DNA from: Desulfotignum sp. | GTDB lineage: Bacteria > Desulfobacterota > Desulfobacteria > Desulfobacterales > Desulfobacteraceae | Reading direction: 5' to 3' | DNA length: 64,000 nt | Assembly: GCA_035268565.1 (NCBI GenBank) | Contig: DATFKQ010000058.1 | Location: forward strand, 6,295 to 70,294 | Shown: piece after piece, positions 1 through 9,166 of the stretch | Layout: each line of letters starts with the position of its first letter | How positions within the stretch are numbered: position 1 is the stretch's first letter | Translations under genes and position numbers: made by a program | Notes under the pieces: generated by a model | Seen by the model: only the letters and a program-made list of their open reading frames with translations | What the model was told of the DNA's origin: nothing | Databases searched by the model: none

Positions 1-23
1 TCTCCCAACTGAGTTAATCGCCC
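1..23 (-). tRNA. partial tRNA gene (5' acceptor arm and D-arm only; the rest lies beyond the left window edge)
   Basis: The reverse complement of 1-23 reads GGGCGATTAACTCAGTTGGGAGA. That gives a 7-nt acceptor strand, U8 A9, and a D-stem/loop with the AGTTGGGA D-loop. It resembles the 5' half of bacterial tRNA-Val, but the anticodon is outside the window, so identity is not determinable. Confidence 0.6.
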
Positions 24-36
24 GAAAAACAGAGCA

Positions 37-65
37 CTTATAGCAATATTAAAAATTGGTGTCAA
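37..65 (-). promoter_or_regulatory. sigma70-like promoter for the truncated tRNA gene
   Basis: On the minus strand, TTGACA (65-60), a 17-nt spacer, then TATAAG (42-37). The predicted start lies a few nt upstream of the tRNA 5' end at 23. Confidence 0.45.
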
Positions 66-325
66 GCATATTTTATTACATCCCTCTTTTTTTTGTATAA
101 TAACAATTTAACACCGGATTATTGTGCCAATGCCTTGCAAGTCATATTTTTACATGGTATATAAAAGAGTATGCAACAATTTATTTGAATAATTTTTATC
201 CGATAAAACGTGATGTCGGGCATTTTCTTCTTTTTGTTTGTGATGATCAGTCACAAGAAAATTGAAAAATCCCTTACCCGTTCTCATCATCAGCAACACA
301 CGCATGATCAAGGAGCCTCGTGACT

Positions 326-1402
326 ATGGAACCTGTGGCAGGATACCTGGAAATTATGGACAAAGGATTTGGATTTCTGCGGGAAATAGAAGATAATTTC
401 CAGCCCCGTCCTGAAAATCCATATGTACCCAACAGCCTTATCCGAAAATTAAATCTCAGGGAAGGCAGTTTTATTGAAGGGTTTGGAGAAAAAAAAGATC
501 CCAGAAACCTCAATCTGGCCCTGATCAGGGTTGAAAAAATCAATGGCCTGTCTTATGACGAATTTGCAAAAATTCCCATGCTTCAGGACCAGGTGAGCAT
601 TAATCCTTATGAACGTTATATTATGACCCAGAACCAGGAAGACACCGTTGGCAAGGCTCTGGATGTTATTGTTCCCATCGGCATGGGACAGCGGGGATTG
701 ATCATTGCCCCCCCCAAATCAGGAAAAACTTTTATTCTGCGCCATATGGCCAACTCAGTGGTCACCAACCATCCGGATGCCACTGTGTTTGTTCTGCTGG
801 TGGACGAACGCCCTGAAGAGGTAACCGATTTTCAGCGGGGACTGGTGGATGCGCATGTTTTGTACTCTTCCGCTGACCAGCAGATCGGACAGCATATGAG
901 AATGACCCGGCTTGCCATGCATACAGCCATCCGCTGTGCAGAGATCGGCCAGGATGCCGTGGTGTTCATTGATTCTCTCACCCGCATGACACGGGCGTTC
1001 AATGCAGATACGGACAGCTTCGGCAAAACCCTGTCCGGGGGACTGGGGGCAAATGCCATGGAGTTTCCCCGAAAAATTTTCGGTGCAGCCCGCAAACTTG
1101 AAAACGGCGGATCCCTGACTATTATCGCAACTATTCTCGTGAATACCGGCAGCCGCATGGATGATGTCATATTTCAGGAGTTTAAAGGCACCGGGAATAT
1201 GGACCTGTTTTTATCCCAGCAATGTGCGGAACAGCGGATCTGGCCGGCCATCAATATCAACCAGAGCGGCACCAGAAAAGAAGATCTGCTGATGGACCAG
1301 ACCGCCTATAACAAAATCGTTGATATCCGCCGAAAAGTCGCCACCAAGGACGAAATTTCGGCCATGGTGGAATTTATCTCCCTGCTGGAAGAAAATTTTT
1401 AA
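326..1402 (+). CDS. rho: transcription termination factor Rho (short form lacking the N-terminal helix bundle)
   Basis: ORF 320-1402. OB-fold primary RNA-binding region (GYLEIMDKGFGFLRE), Walker A APPKSGKT, Walker B VFVLLVDERPEEV, and a C-terminal region (GGSLTIIATILVNTGSRMDDVIFQEFKGTGNMDL, NQSGTRKEDLL) that tracks E. coli Rho. An AAGGAG RBS at 310-315 favours ATG 326 over GTG 320. An in-frame TGA at 305-307 closes the frame upstream. Confidence 0.95.
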   Translation: MEPVAGYLEIMDKGFGFLREIEDNFQPRPENPYVPNSLIRKLNLREGSFIEGFGEKKDPRNLNLALIRVEKINGLSYDEFAKIPMLQDQVSINPYERYIMTQNQEDTVGKALDVIVPIGMGQRGLIIAPPKSGKTFILRHMANSVVTNHPDATVFVLLVDERPEEVTDFQRGLVDAHVLYSSADQQIGQHMRMTRLAMHTAIRCAEIGQDAVVFIDSLTRMTRAFNADTDSFGKTLSGGLGANAMEFPRKIFGAARKLENGGSLTIIATILVNTGSRMDDVIFQEFKGTGNMDLFLSQQCAEQRIWPAININQSGTRKEDLLMDQTAYNKIVDIRRKVATKDEISAMVEFISLLEENF

Positions 1403-1411
1403 CCCCTGTTG

Positions 1412-3766
1412 CTACAGCGGCGCCAAAGCGTTCTCCAGGACCTGATTCATATCATCCACAAAAACGATTTCCAATTGTTTTTGAATGGATTTAGGGATTT
1501 CCTGAATATCTTTTTTGTTTTCAGATGAAAGCACCACTTTCTTGATCCCGTTGGTATGGGCAGCCAATAATTTTTCTTTGACACCACCAATGGGCAGAAC
1601 CCTTCCCCTGAGGGTTATTTCTCCGGTCATGGCAACATTTCTGTTCACCGGCCGGCCTGTTAAAATGGAAACCACAGCTGTACACATGGCTATACCGGCA
1701 GATGGTCCATCTTTGGGAATAGCTCCTTCCGGCACATGGATATGGATGTCCTGATCCTTGTAGAAATCATCTCTGATGCCCAGATCCCTGCTTCGGGATC
1801 TCACATAACTGACGGCTGCCTGGGAAGATTCTTTCATGACATCCCCGAGTTTTCCTGTTATCATGATACGACCTTTTCCAGGCATGGTGACCGCCTCAAC
1901 AGTCAACAGTTCCCCGCCTGCCTGGGTCCACGCAAGTCCCGTGACGATGCCTGCCTTATCTTCCACTTCAAGGGGGTTGTTACGAAACCTGGCCTGGCCT
2001 AAAAATTTCTGGACACTGGTGGTGCTGACCTGATAACATTTGCGTTTTTTGGTTCGCACTATACGGGTGGCGATTTTTCTTAACACAGATGAAATTTCCC
2101 GCTCAAGATTCCGGACCCCGGCTTCTCTCGTATAGCGATGGATAATGGTCTGGACAGCATTCTGGGAAAATGTCACATCTGATGCATTCAACCCATTTTC
2201 CTTAAGTTGCTTGGGAATCAAAAATCCTGTGGCTATCTGTTCTTTTTCATAGGCAGTATAACCGGGAATCTGGATGATTTCCATTCTGTCCCGCAACGGG
2301 GCTGGAATATCAAAAAGGGTATTGGCAGTGGTGATGAACAAAATTTCCGACAGATCATAATCCACTTCCAGATAATGGTCGTTAAAGTGTTTGTTCTGTT
2401 CCGGGTCCAGGGCCTCCAGAAGAGCGGATGAGGGATCTCCCCGGAAGTCGGATGTCATTTTGTCAATTTCATCCAGGCAGAAAACCGGATTGTTATACCC
2501 CACCTTCTTAAGGGTCTGGATTATTTTTCCGGGCATCGCCCCCACATAGGTGCGGCGGTGTCCCCGAATTTCAGCTTCATCTCTGACCCCTCCCAGAGAG
2601 ATTCTTGCAAAAGATCTTCCGGTAGCAGATGCCACTGATCGTGCCAAAGAGGTCTTGCCTACCCCGGGGGGGCCGACCAGACAAAGAATCGGTCCTTTGA
2701 TTTTTTTGACCAGCACCTGTACAGCAAGGTACTCCAGAATCCTTTCCTTGGGTTTTTTTAACCCGTAATGGTCCTGATCAAGGGTTTTTTCAGCTTTTTC
2801 CAGATCATTTCTTGCCCGGTTTTTCCGATACCAGGGCAAAGAAACAATCCAGTCGATATAATTTCTGACCACAGTGGCCTCTGATGACATGGGGGCCATC
2901 ATCTTGAGCTTGTCCAGTTCACGGCGGACCATCCCGGCTGCTTCCTTGGGCATGCGTTTTTTGCGTATACGTTTTTCCAGCTCTGCAAACTCACCCGATT
3001 CTGAGTCTTCTCCCATTTCTTTTTTAATGGCCCGCATCTGCTCAGTAAGATAATGGCGTTTTTGCAGTTTTTCCATCTGATCTTTCACACGGCCCTTGAT
3101 CTTCTGGGACATGGTAAACACTTGGGTTTCCTGCTCAATCAGTTTGAGCAGCAGAAAGAAGCGCTCCTCAATATCATCGCATTCCAAAAGTTTTTGTTTA
3201 TCCGACACCTTGAAAGGCAGTTGGGCGGCAATGGCATCGGCATACCGCGAGGGATCTTTTTCCAGAACTTCCAGGTTTTTAAAAAAACTTTTGGAAACTG
3301 CCCCTGACATGGTGCTGTAATGTTCAAATGCCTCTGAAACAGTTCGCAAAGCTGCGTTTACTACTGTTTCAGACATGGGGGTTTCTTCAGCCAGTATATA
3401 ATCAACCGTCAAAAAACCTTTATCATCACTGAGCTTGAGAATTTTTCCCCGGTGACAGCCTTCCACCAGGGCTTTGACTGTACCATCAGGCAGGCGCAGC
3501 AGCTGGGTGATTTTGGCTTCGGTTCCTGCCTGGAAAATATCCTGAATGGTGGGTTTAAGGACTTCAGGGTCCTTCTGGGTGGTAAGAAATATTTTTTTGT
3601 CTGCAGCCATGGCCTCTGACAGCGATTTGATGGATTTTTCCCTTCCTACAAAAACCGAAGTTGTTACAAAGGGAAACAACACCATATCCCGCAAAGGCAC
3701 AAGCGGCAGGGTTTTTTTGATACCTTCTGAACCATCCTGGTTGAAAAATCTGGAAATATTGATCAT
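1412..3766 (-). CDS. lon: ATP-dependent Lon protease
   Basis: 784 aa. N-terminal LON substrate domain, AAA+ Walker A GPPGVGKTS, and C-terminal protease domain with PKDGPSAGIAM catalytic-Ser motif. Follows clpX as in the canonical tig-clpP-clpX-lon order. Confidence 0.97.
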   Translation of the reverse strand: MINISRFFNQDGSEGIKKTLPLVPLRDMVLFPFVTTSVFVGREKSIKSLSEAMAADKKIFLTTQKDPEVLKPTIQDIFQAGTEAKITQLLRLPDGTVKALVEGCHRGKILKLSDDKGFLTVDYILAEETPMSETVVNAALRTVSEAFEHYSTMSGAVSKSFFKNLEVLEKDPSRYADAIAAQLPFKVSDKQKLLECDDIEERFFLLLKLIEQETQVFTMSQKIKGRVKDQMEKLQKRHYLTEQMRAIKKEMGEDSESGEFAELEKRIRKKRMPKEAAGMVRRELDKLKMMAPMSSEATVVRNYIDWIVSLPWYRKNRARNDLEKAEKTLDQDHYGLKKPKERILEYLAVQVLVKKIKGPILCLVGPPGVGKTSLARSVASATGRSFARISLGGVRDEAEIRGHRRTYVGAMPGKIIQTLKKVGYNNPVFCLDEIDKMTSDFRGDPSSALLEALDPEQNKHFNDHYLEVDYDLSEILFITTANTLFDIPAPLRDRMEIIQIPGYTAYEKEQIATGFLIPKQLKENGLNASDVTFSQNAVQTIIHRYTREAGVRNLEREISSVLRKIATRIVRTKKRKCYQVSTTSVQKFLGQARFRNNPLEVEDKAGIVTGLAWTQAGGELLTVEAVTMPGKGRIMITGKLGDVMKESSQAAVSYVRSRSRDLGIRDDFYKDQDIHIHVPEGAIPKDGPSAGIAMCTAVVSILTGRPVNRNVAMTGEITLRGRVLPIGGVKEKLLAAHTNGIKKVVLSSENKKDIQEIPKSIQKQLEIVFVDDMNQVLENALAPL

Positions 3767-3783
3767 CAGCGCAAGCTTCTCTG

Positions 3784-5043
3784 TCAGGCCTGTTTTTTGG
3801 GTTGTTCATACAAAAGAATGGGGGCCTCGTTTTTCAAGACAACTTCTTCACCCACCACACATTCTCTGACATCTTCTTTTGAAGGAAGCTCGTACATGAT
3901 ATCCAGCATGGTTTCTTCCATGATGGCCCGCAACCCCCTGGCACCGGATTTTCTGGCCACAGCTGCCCGGGCCATGGCTTCCAAGGCCTCATCTGTAAAC
4001 TGAAGCTCCACCCCTTCAATTTTGAACAGCTCCTGGTATTGTTTGACCAATGCATTTTTAGGTTCTGTCAGAATTTTAACCAGAGAGGCTTCAGAGAGTT
4101 CACTAATGGAGGTGGTAATGGGCAGCCGGCCCAAAAATTCCGGAATAAGTCCGAATTTTATCAAATCTTCCGGCTTGAGCTGTTCCAGCAGCGTTCCGAT
4201 ATTCACTTTTTTTCTATCCGCAATATCCGCACCAAACCCCATGGTTTTTTGTAAGATGCGCCGCTCAATAATCTTTTCCAGTCCGGTGAAGGTTCCGCCG
4301 CAGATAAAAAGAATATTGGAGGTATCCACTTTCACGTAGTCCTGCTGGGGATGTTTTCTGCCGCCTTTGGGCGGCACACTGGCAACGGTGCCTTCAATGA
4401 TTTTTAACAGGGCCTGCTGGACCCCTTCTCCGGAGACATCCCTGGTAATGGATGGATTGTCGCCCCGCTGGGATATTTTATCAATCTCATCAATGTAGAT
4501 AATCCCTTTCTGTGCCCGCTCAATATCATAGTCAGCATTCTGAACCAGAGACAATACAATATTTTCAACATCCTCTCCCACATACCCGGCTTCGGTCAGG
4601 GCAGTGGCATCGGCAATGGCGAAAGGAACATCCAGAAACCTGGCAAGGGTCTGGGCAAGAAGGGTTTTACCGCACCCGGTGGGACCGATGATCAAAATAT
4701 TGCTTTTCTGGATTTCCACATCATCAGAGCGTTTTTCCAGTCGGGCTGTGAGCCGCTTATAATGATTATACACTGCAACAGAAAGCACTTTTTTGGCTGC
4801 GTCCTGCTCAATGACATAGGCATCCAGCAGTTCTTTGATCTGCCTGGGCACAAGAAACTCCCTGGCTCCTTCTGATTCTACTGCTTTTTCTTTTTCTTCG
4901 TCCTCAATTATTTCACCACAGAGTTTGATGCATTCATTGCAAATATAAACACTGGGACCTGCAATCAGTTTCTGGACTTCTTTTTGGTTTTTTCCGCAAA
5001 AAGAACAGAAAAACTGATCATTGGTATCTTCTTTTTTGGCCAT
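3784..5043 (-). CDS. clpX: ATP-dependent Clp protease ATP-binding subunit ClpX
   Basis: 419 aa. N-terminal C4 zinc ribbon (CSFCGK...CNEC), Walker A GPTGCGKT, and [10 protein letters not shown] sensor region. Confidence 0.97.
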   Translation of the reverse strand: MAKKEDTNDQFFCSFCGKNQKEVQKLIAGPSVYICNECIKLCGEIIEDEEKEKAVESEGAREFLVPRQIKELLDAYVIEQDAAKKVLSVAVYNHYKRLTARLEKRSDDVEIQKSNILIIGPTGCGKTLLAQTLARFLDVPFAIADATALTEAGYVGEDVENIVLSLVQNADYDIERAQKGIIYIDEIDKISQRGDNPSITRDVSGEGVQQALLKIIEGTVASVPPKGGRKHPQQDYVKVDTSNILFICGGTFTGLEKIIERRILQKTMGFGADIADRKKVNIGTLLEQLKPEDLIKFGLIPEFLGRLPITTSISELSEASLVKILTEPKNALVKQYQELFKIEGVELQFTDEALEAMARAAVARKSGARGLRAIMEETMLDIMYELPSKEDVRECVVGEEVVLKNEAPILLYEQPKKQA

Positions 5044-5069
5044 GTTTTTTGGACTCCTTTGAAGCTGGC

Positions 5070-5672
5070 TTAGACGTCTGCTTCCAATTGGCTTCTATCG
5101 GCAACCACCCGGTCTACAATACCGTAGGTTTTTGCCTCTTTGCCGGACATGAAAAAATCTCTATCCGTGTCCTTGGCAATTTTATCAATTTCCTGCCCGG
5201 TATGGGCAGCCAGTATCTCGTTCAGGGTATCTTTTATCCTCAGAATTTCAGTGGCCTGAATTTTTATATCTGCTGCCTGGCCCTGGGCACCGCCCAAAGG
5301 CTGGTGGATCATAATTCTGGCATTGGGCAGTGCAAACCGTTTTTTCTCCGCACCGGCTGCCAGAAGAAGCGCACCCATACTTGCGGCCTGACCGATACAT
5401 ACGGTTGCCACATCCGGCTTTATGTACTGCATGGTATCATATACCGCCAGACCGGCTGTCACCACCCCGCCCGGAGAATTAATATAAAAACTGATATCTT
5501 TTTCTGGATCTTCTGATTCCAGAAACAGCAGCTGGGCCACAATGAGATTGGCAATCTCACTGTCAATGGCAGAACCCAGAAATATTATCCGGTCTTTTAA
5601 AAGACGTGAAAAAATGTCGTAGGCACGCTCCCCTCTATTGGTCTGCTCAACAACCATTGGAACTAAAGGCAC
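5070..5672 (-). CDS. clpP: ATP-dependent Clp protease proteolytic subunit ClpP
   Basis: 200 aa. [33 protein letters not shown] start and active-site Ser context GQAASMGA. Confidence 0.97.
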   Translation of the reverse strand: MPLVPMVVEQTNRGERAYDIFSRLLKDRIIFLGSAIDSEIANLIVAQLLFLESEDPEKDISFYINSPGGVVTAGLAVYDTMQYIKPDVATVCIGQAASMGALLLAAGAEKKRFALPNARIMIHQPLGGAQGQAADIKIQATEILRIKDTLNEILAAHTGQEIDKIAKDTDRDFFMSGKEAKTYGIVDRVVADRSQLEADV

Positions 5673-5753
5673 GATATAACTCCTTGTTTATTTTCTATTT
5701 ATTACCTTTTGTCTTGCCGTGCATTTATCATGCTGCCGGATCAGACAAAAAGA

Positions 5754-7133
5754 TTATTCTCCGGTTTCTTCTGATACCGGCTGCTCCTCTGCAGACGGTG
5801 TTTCAGCAGCACCCATTTCATCATCCGTTTCATGGGCATCCGGCGTTTTTTCTGCTACGTTACTGTTTTCAATTATAAGATCAACCGCCTTTTTTTCAAG
5901 CTGGCTGTGTTTGTAATATTCCAGTTGTTTGGGATCCATTTTGAAAAAGTTTTTAATGGCATCCACAGTGGCATTCATTCCTGCAGCCATTTGCGCCAGG
6001 CTGGCATCCAGTTCCTCATCAGTAAGCTCCAGTTTTTCCTGGGTAATAATTTTGTCCAGGATCAGATGCCGTCTGGCCTGTTTTTCGGCCACATCCCTAT
6101 ACTGGGAAAAAAGAATATCACGGCTGAGCCCTTCTTGTTCCAGGCTGGTATTATTGGCAGCATAGGCCTGCTCTGCCTCACTGACAATACCGTTAAGCTC
6201 TGCTTCGATCATTGCTTCAGGCACTTCAAATTCATATTTTTCCAGCAGGTGCTGGAATATCTGTTCACTGAGTTCATGTTTTATGCGCTGCTGGTATCCT
6301 TTGTCCAGGTTCTCCCGGATGGAATCCTTGACTTCCTCCAGGGATTCAAATTTGCCAAGGTCTTTTACCAGATCATCGTTGATCTCCGGTAAAATTTCTT
6401 CTTGTATTTCTTTAAGGGTGACCTTGTACAAAATGGTTTTTCCCTTGAGATTTTCATCGGGATGGTCTTCAGGATAAGCCACTTCGACCTCAAGATCCTG
6501 CACCGGCACGCTGCCGATCAATTTTTCAGAAAACTCATGGGGCAGTGCGTCCCTGCCGATGCCGTATAGAAAATTTTCAATTGCAGGGGTGTGCTCAAAG
6601 GGTTCATTGTTCAAAAAACCTTGATAATCAATCAAAACAAAATCATTTTCTTTAACAGCACGTTTTTCTTCAACAGGGTGTTTTCTTGCCATGGTTTTCT
6701 GGATCATTTTCATCTGGCCGTCAATCTCAGCATCAGACACCGCATATAAATTTTTTTCAAGATCGATCCCCTTAAAATCAATCTCTTCAAGCTCAGGCTT
6801 TACTTCTACGGTAATGTCAAACACATAGGCAGCATCCGGAACCAGATCCGGGGGATCCATCTGGGGACCGCCCACAATGTTCAAATCATGCTCCTGGATG
6901 GCTTCAATAAAGGAATCCTGGATCAGGCGGGGGGCGACATCGGCATGGACATCTTTGGAGAAACGGTTTTCAAGTACCTTTCTGGGAATCTTGCCTTTTC
7001 TGAATCCTTTAATGTCTGCTTTTTTTTTCAATTCATTGTAAGCCTTGTCAAGTTCCTTGACAACTTTTTCTTTGGGGATCTCAAAGGAGAGTACTTTTTT
7101 CACACTGCTCTTGTCTTCAATTTTTACCTGCAT
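5754..7133 (-). CDS. tig: trigger factor (ribosome-associated chaperone/PPIase)
   Basis: 459 aa. Ribosome-docking signature GFRKGKIP near the N-terminus, an FKBP-like middle region, and an acidic C-terminal tail. Sits directly upstream of clpP. Confidence 0.95.
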   Translation of the reverse strand: MQVKIEDKSSVKKVLSFEIPKEKVVKELDKAYNELKKKADIKGFRKGKIPRKVLENRFSKDVHADVAPRLIQDSFIEAIQEHDLNIVGGPQMDPPDLVPDAAYVFDITVEVKPELEEIDFKGIDLEKNLYAVSDAEIDGQMKMIQKTMARKHPVEEKRAVKENDFVLIDYQGFLNNEPFEHTPAIENFLYGIGRDALPHEFSEKLIGSVPVQDLEVEVAYPEDHPDENLKGKTILYKVTLKEIQEEILPEINDDLVKDLGKFESLEEVKDSIRENLDKGYQQRIKHELSEQIFQHLLEKYEFEVPEAMIEAELNGIVSEAEQAYAANNTSLEQEGLSRDILFSQYRDVAEKQARRHLILDKIITQEKLELTDEELDASLAQMAAGMNATVDAIKNFFKMDPKQLEYYKHSQLEKKAVDLIIENSNVAEKTPDAHETDDEMGAAETPSAEEQPVSEETGE

Positions 7134-7157
7134 GTTTTTGTCCTGTTAAATTCCATG

Positions 7158-7183
7158 TATTAGTGAACCGTTATTAGTGAACC
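7158..7183. repeat. tandem direct repeat TATTAGTGAACC x2 (14-nt register) in the tig upstream region
   Basis: 7158-7169 and 7172-7183 are identical 12-mers. On the tig (minus) strand they read GGTTCACTAATA twice, 25-50 nt upstream of the tig ATG. Confidence 0.8.
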
Positions 7184-7456
7184 ATTTCCAAACAATTTGT
7201 GCAAATGGGAGTGTCATGCCATATATATACCAGATTATATTACACAAAATCATTCAACAAAGTTAACTAAAATAACGCTTATCCATACCGGTGTCAAGAA
7301 AATTGCCCAAAGATCACCATATTTGCCGGCAAATTGCAGAACCCTTTTCCATCTCCAGGCCGGGCATGCCTGTTTTATGGCATTATCCAGGACATGAAAA
7401 AATATCTTGCATTGCACTACCTGAAATGGTATTTGATTTGGTTATGTCAAATTATC

Positions 7457-7533
7457 CGGGGCGTAGCGCAGCCTGGTAGCGCGCCTGCTTTGGGAGCAGG
7501 ATGTCGGGAGTTCGAATCTCTCCGCCCCGACCA
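7457..7533 (+). tRNA. tRNA-Pro (anticodon UGG)
   Basis: 77 nt, CGGGGCGTAGCGCAGCCTGGTAGCGCGCCTGCTTTGGGAGCAGGATGTCGGGAGTTCGAATCTCTCCGCCCCGACCA. A 7-bp acceptor stem (CGGGGCG/CGCCCCG), anticodon stem CCTGC/GCAGG with loop TT-TGG-GA, T-loop GTTCGAATC, and an encoded CCA. Confidence 0.97.
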
Positions 7534-7592
7534 GATAATTTGTTTATGTACACCCTTTAAGGGTTTATATCCCGGACAGCACTGAGACTGCC

Positions 7593-8066
7593 ATGGTATT
7601 TTTCACCGCGATGCTCGTCATCATCATCATCTACTATTTACAGGTAGATGGATTAATATATGCCACAATCGTTGCCTTGATTGCTGAGCTTTTAAATATC
7701 TTCATGGCCCACACTTTGACCAAATCCGTTGAAAAAAAAATGAAACAGCGCATTCGCAGGCTTGTAGACGGATACAGCAAACGCATAAAGGCACAACGAA
7801 AAACCATCCAGCAGCTTGAAAAAATCCAGGAAGAATCTGTTACAAAATTATACAATGCCAATTTGAAAATAAAAGAATATGAAACCAGGCTGGGGATGAC
7901 GGAAGACATCCCGCACGGGGTTGATAAATCACAGGAGCCTGTAACAGCCGCACCGGAGAAATTGGCTTCAGATGCTGCTCCCGTGCAGGCTGCACCTCCG
8001 GCTAAAAAACAAGCAGATTTTTCAGATCTGCCGTCCGGTTCAAACCGCAGAAAATTACCCCTTTGA
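7593..8066 (+). CDS. hypothetical membrane protein (two N-terminal hydrophobic helices, coiled-coil, Ala/Pro-rich tail)
   Basis: 157-aa ORF. Hydrophobic N-terminus (FFTAMLVIIIIYYL, IYATIVALIAELLNIF) followed by a K/E/Q-rich heptad-like segment. No recognisable RBS and no family recognised. Confidence 0.5.
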   Translation: MVFFTAMLVIIIIYYLQVDGLIYATIVALIAELLNIFMAHTLTKSVEKKMKQRIRRLVDGYSKRIKAQRKTIQQLEKIQEESVTKLYNANLKIKEYETRLGMTEDIPHGVDKSQEPVTAAPEKLASDAAPVQAAPPAKKQADFSDLPSGSNRRKLPL

Positions 8067-8101
8067 TTTTAAAAAAAATGTTTCTGCAACCAAGTGCGGC
8101 C

Positions 8102-8443
8102 TTATTCTTTTAGAATCTTGATCCTTTTGATGCTGCCTTCTTTGGTGAGATATGCAATTCCCTTTGCAAGTAGCTTGCCAGAGGCAGAATCGGTTATTTC
8201 AATCTGTTTTTCATATAATACACTTGCTGTACCGTCCATTTTCACGGGTGTGGTTTTTTCAGATTCCGGGGTGTGGTTTTTTTCCTGTTCCCTTTGTCTG
8301 GATATGGACTTGCGCAGTTCCTGCCGCTCAGCTACCAGGTTGGAAAACCCGGAATAGGGATCTTTTTTTTCCTCACAGGCAGTCAGAAGGAAAATCAAGA
8401 CCACACTTCCAATCCACGATGCTAATGCTTTGGCCGGCATCAT
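8102..8443 (-). CDS. hypothetical lipoprotein
   Basis: 113 aa. Signal peptide ending in the lipobox LLTAC. GAGG RBS about 8 nt upstream of the ATG. Lies 17 nt downstream of the STAS gene on the same strand. Confidence 0.65.
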   Translation of the reverse strand: MMPAKALASWIGSVVLIFLLTACEEKKDPYSGFSNLVAERQELRKSISRQREQEKNHTPESEKTTPVKMDGTASVLYEKQIEITDSASGKLLAKGIAYLTKEGSIKRIKILKE

Positions 8444-8460
8444 CTTCTCTACCTCATTAT

Positions 8461-8769
8461 CTACCCTGCTGCTTTCACAGTGAAGCGCCTGTTGAGGCGC
8501 ATGGTCGTAAACAGGTTGTATATGTCCTGGGTGACATTGACCACCTCCAATTTGCGGCCGGACTGGTTCAATGTGTTATGGGCGGCAATGATGACACCGA
8601 TGCCGACAGAATCGACCATTTCAACGCCGGTCAGGTCAATTACCACTTCATCCCGGGATGAATCAATGGCGGACAATATCTCCGCTTTAAACGTTTCAGC
8701 CGTGGACGCGACAATGTCCATATCCGGACGGATAATCGTCTGATCCGCTTTGTTCACTATTTCACTCAT
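8461..8769 (-). CDS. STAS-domain protein (SpoIIAA-like anti-sigma-factor antagonist)
   Basis: 102 aa. Typical single STAS fold length, with the conserved DLTGVEMVDSVGIGVII segment containing the phosphorylatable Ser position. Confidence 0.8.
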   Translation of the reverse strand: MSEIVNKADQTIIRPDMDIVASTAETFKAEILSAIDSSRDEVVIDLTGVEMVDSVGIGVIIAAHNTLNQSGRKLEVVNVTQDIYNLFTTMRLNRRFTVKAAG

Positions 8770-8960
8770 CTTCTTGTATCTCCTGAATTATCCAAAATGG
8801 ACCCCTCATGGATAAACACCTGTATACAGTATTATAATGTTACGTTCAGTGTTTGCCCCTGTTTCCATCGTATGTATAATATCGCAAAACCCGGCAAAAC
8901 TCAAACATTAAATCAGGATCAGTCTATTCTCATTCAGGATGGCACATTTTCAAAATAGAC

Positions 8961-8989
8961 TTGAAAAAAAATCACAGAGCTTGTATATA
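8961..8989 (+). promoter_or_regulatory. sigma70-like promoter of the SRP RNA gene
   Basis: TTGAAA (8961-8966), a 17-nt spacer, then TATATA (8984-8989). The predicted start at about 8996 coincides with the 5' arm of the SRP RNA terminal helix. Confidence 0.6.
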
Positions 8990-8996
8990 TATTGAT

Positions 8997-9166
8997 TCCG
9001 GCCGGCAGGCTGGACAATGGGCGATTCTGATCGGTCGCCTTGTAACAGAAGGCCATGAAACTCGTCAGGTCCGGAAGGAAGCAGCGATAAGTGATCTCTT
9101 CTGTGTCAAGGATCGATCCCGATCATGCAATTTCTCAAAAATCCTTCTGCCGGCCGGTTCTTTTTC
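8997..9166 (+). ncRNA. ffs: signal recognition particle RNA (4.5S-type, ffs)
   Basis: Contains GTCAGGTCCGGAAGGAAGCAGC (9064-9085), identical to the universally conserved domain IV core of E. coli 4.5S RNA. The flanks form a long rod: CCGGCCGGCAG 8998-9008 pairs with CTGCCGGCCGG 9147-9157, TGATCGG with CCGATCA, CCTTG with CAAGG, and ACAGAAG with CTTCTGT. A T-tract follows. Confidence 0.85.

Noticed and set aside
213-323. 36-codon uORF ending 3 nt before the rho ATG, considered as a bona fide leader peptide
   Set aside because: I do not report it as a feature. There is no Shine-Dalgarno sequence before ATG 213, and I can assess no conservation. An open 36-codon frame can occur by chance. It is mentioned only as a note under the Rho finding.
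7291-7585. ORFs 7291-7479 and 7334-7585 (62 and 83 aa)
   Set aside because: They run through the tRNA-Pro gene (7457-7533) and its promoter region. They are artefacts of six-frame translation.
7457-8960. tRNA-Pro as the attachment site of an integrated element
   Set aside because: There is no integrase or recombinase gene. I could see no repeat of the tRNA 3' end downstream. The following genes are small but show no mobile-element hallmarks.
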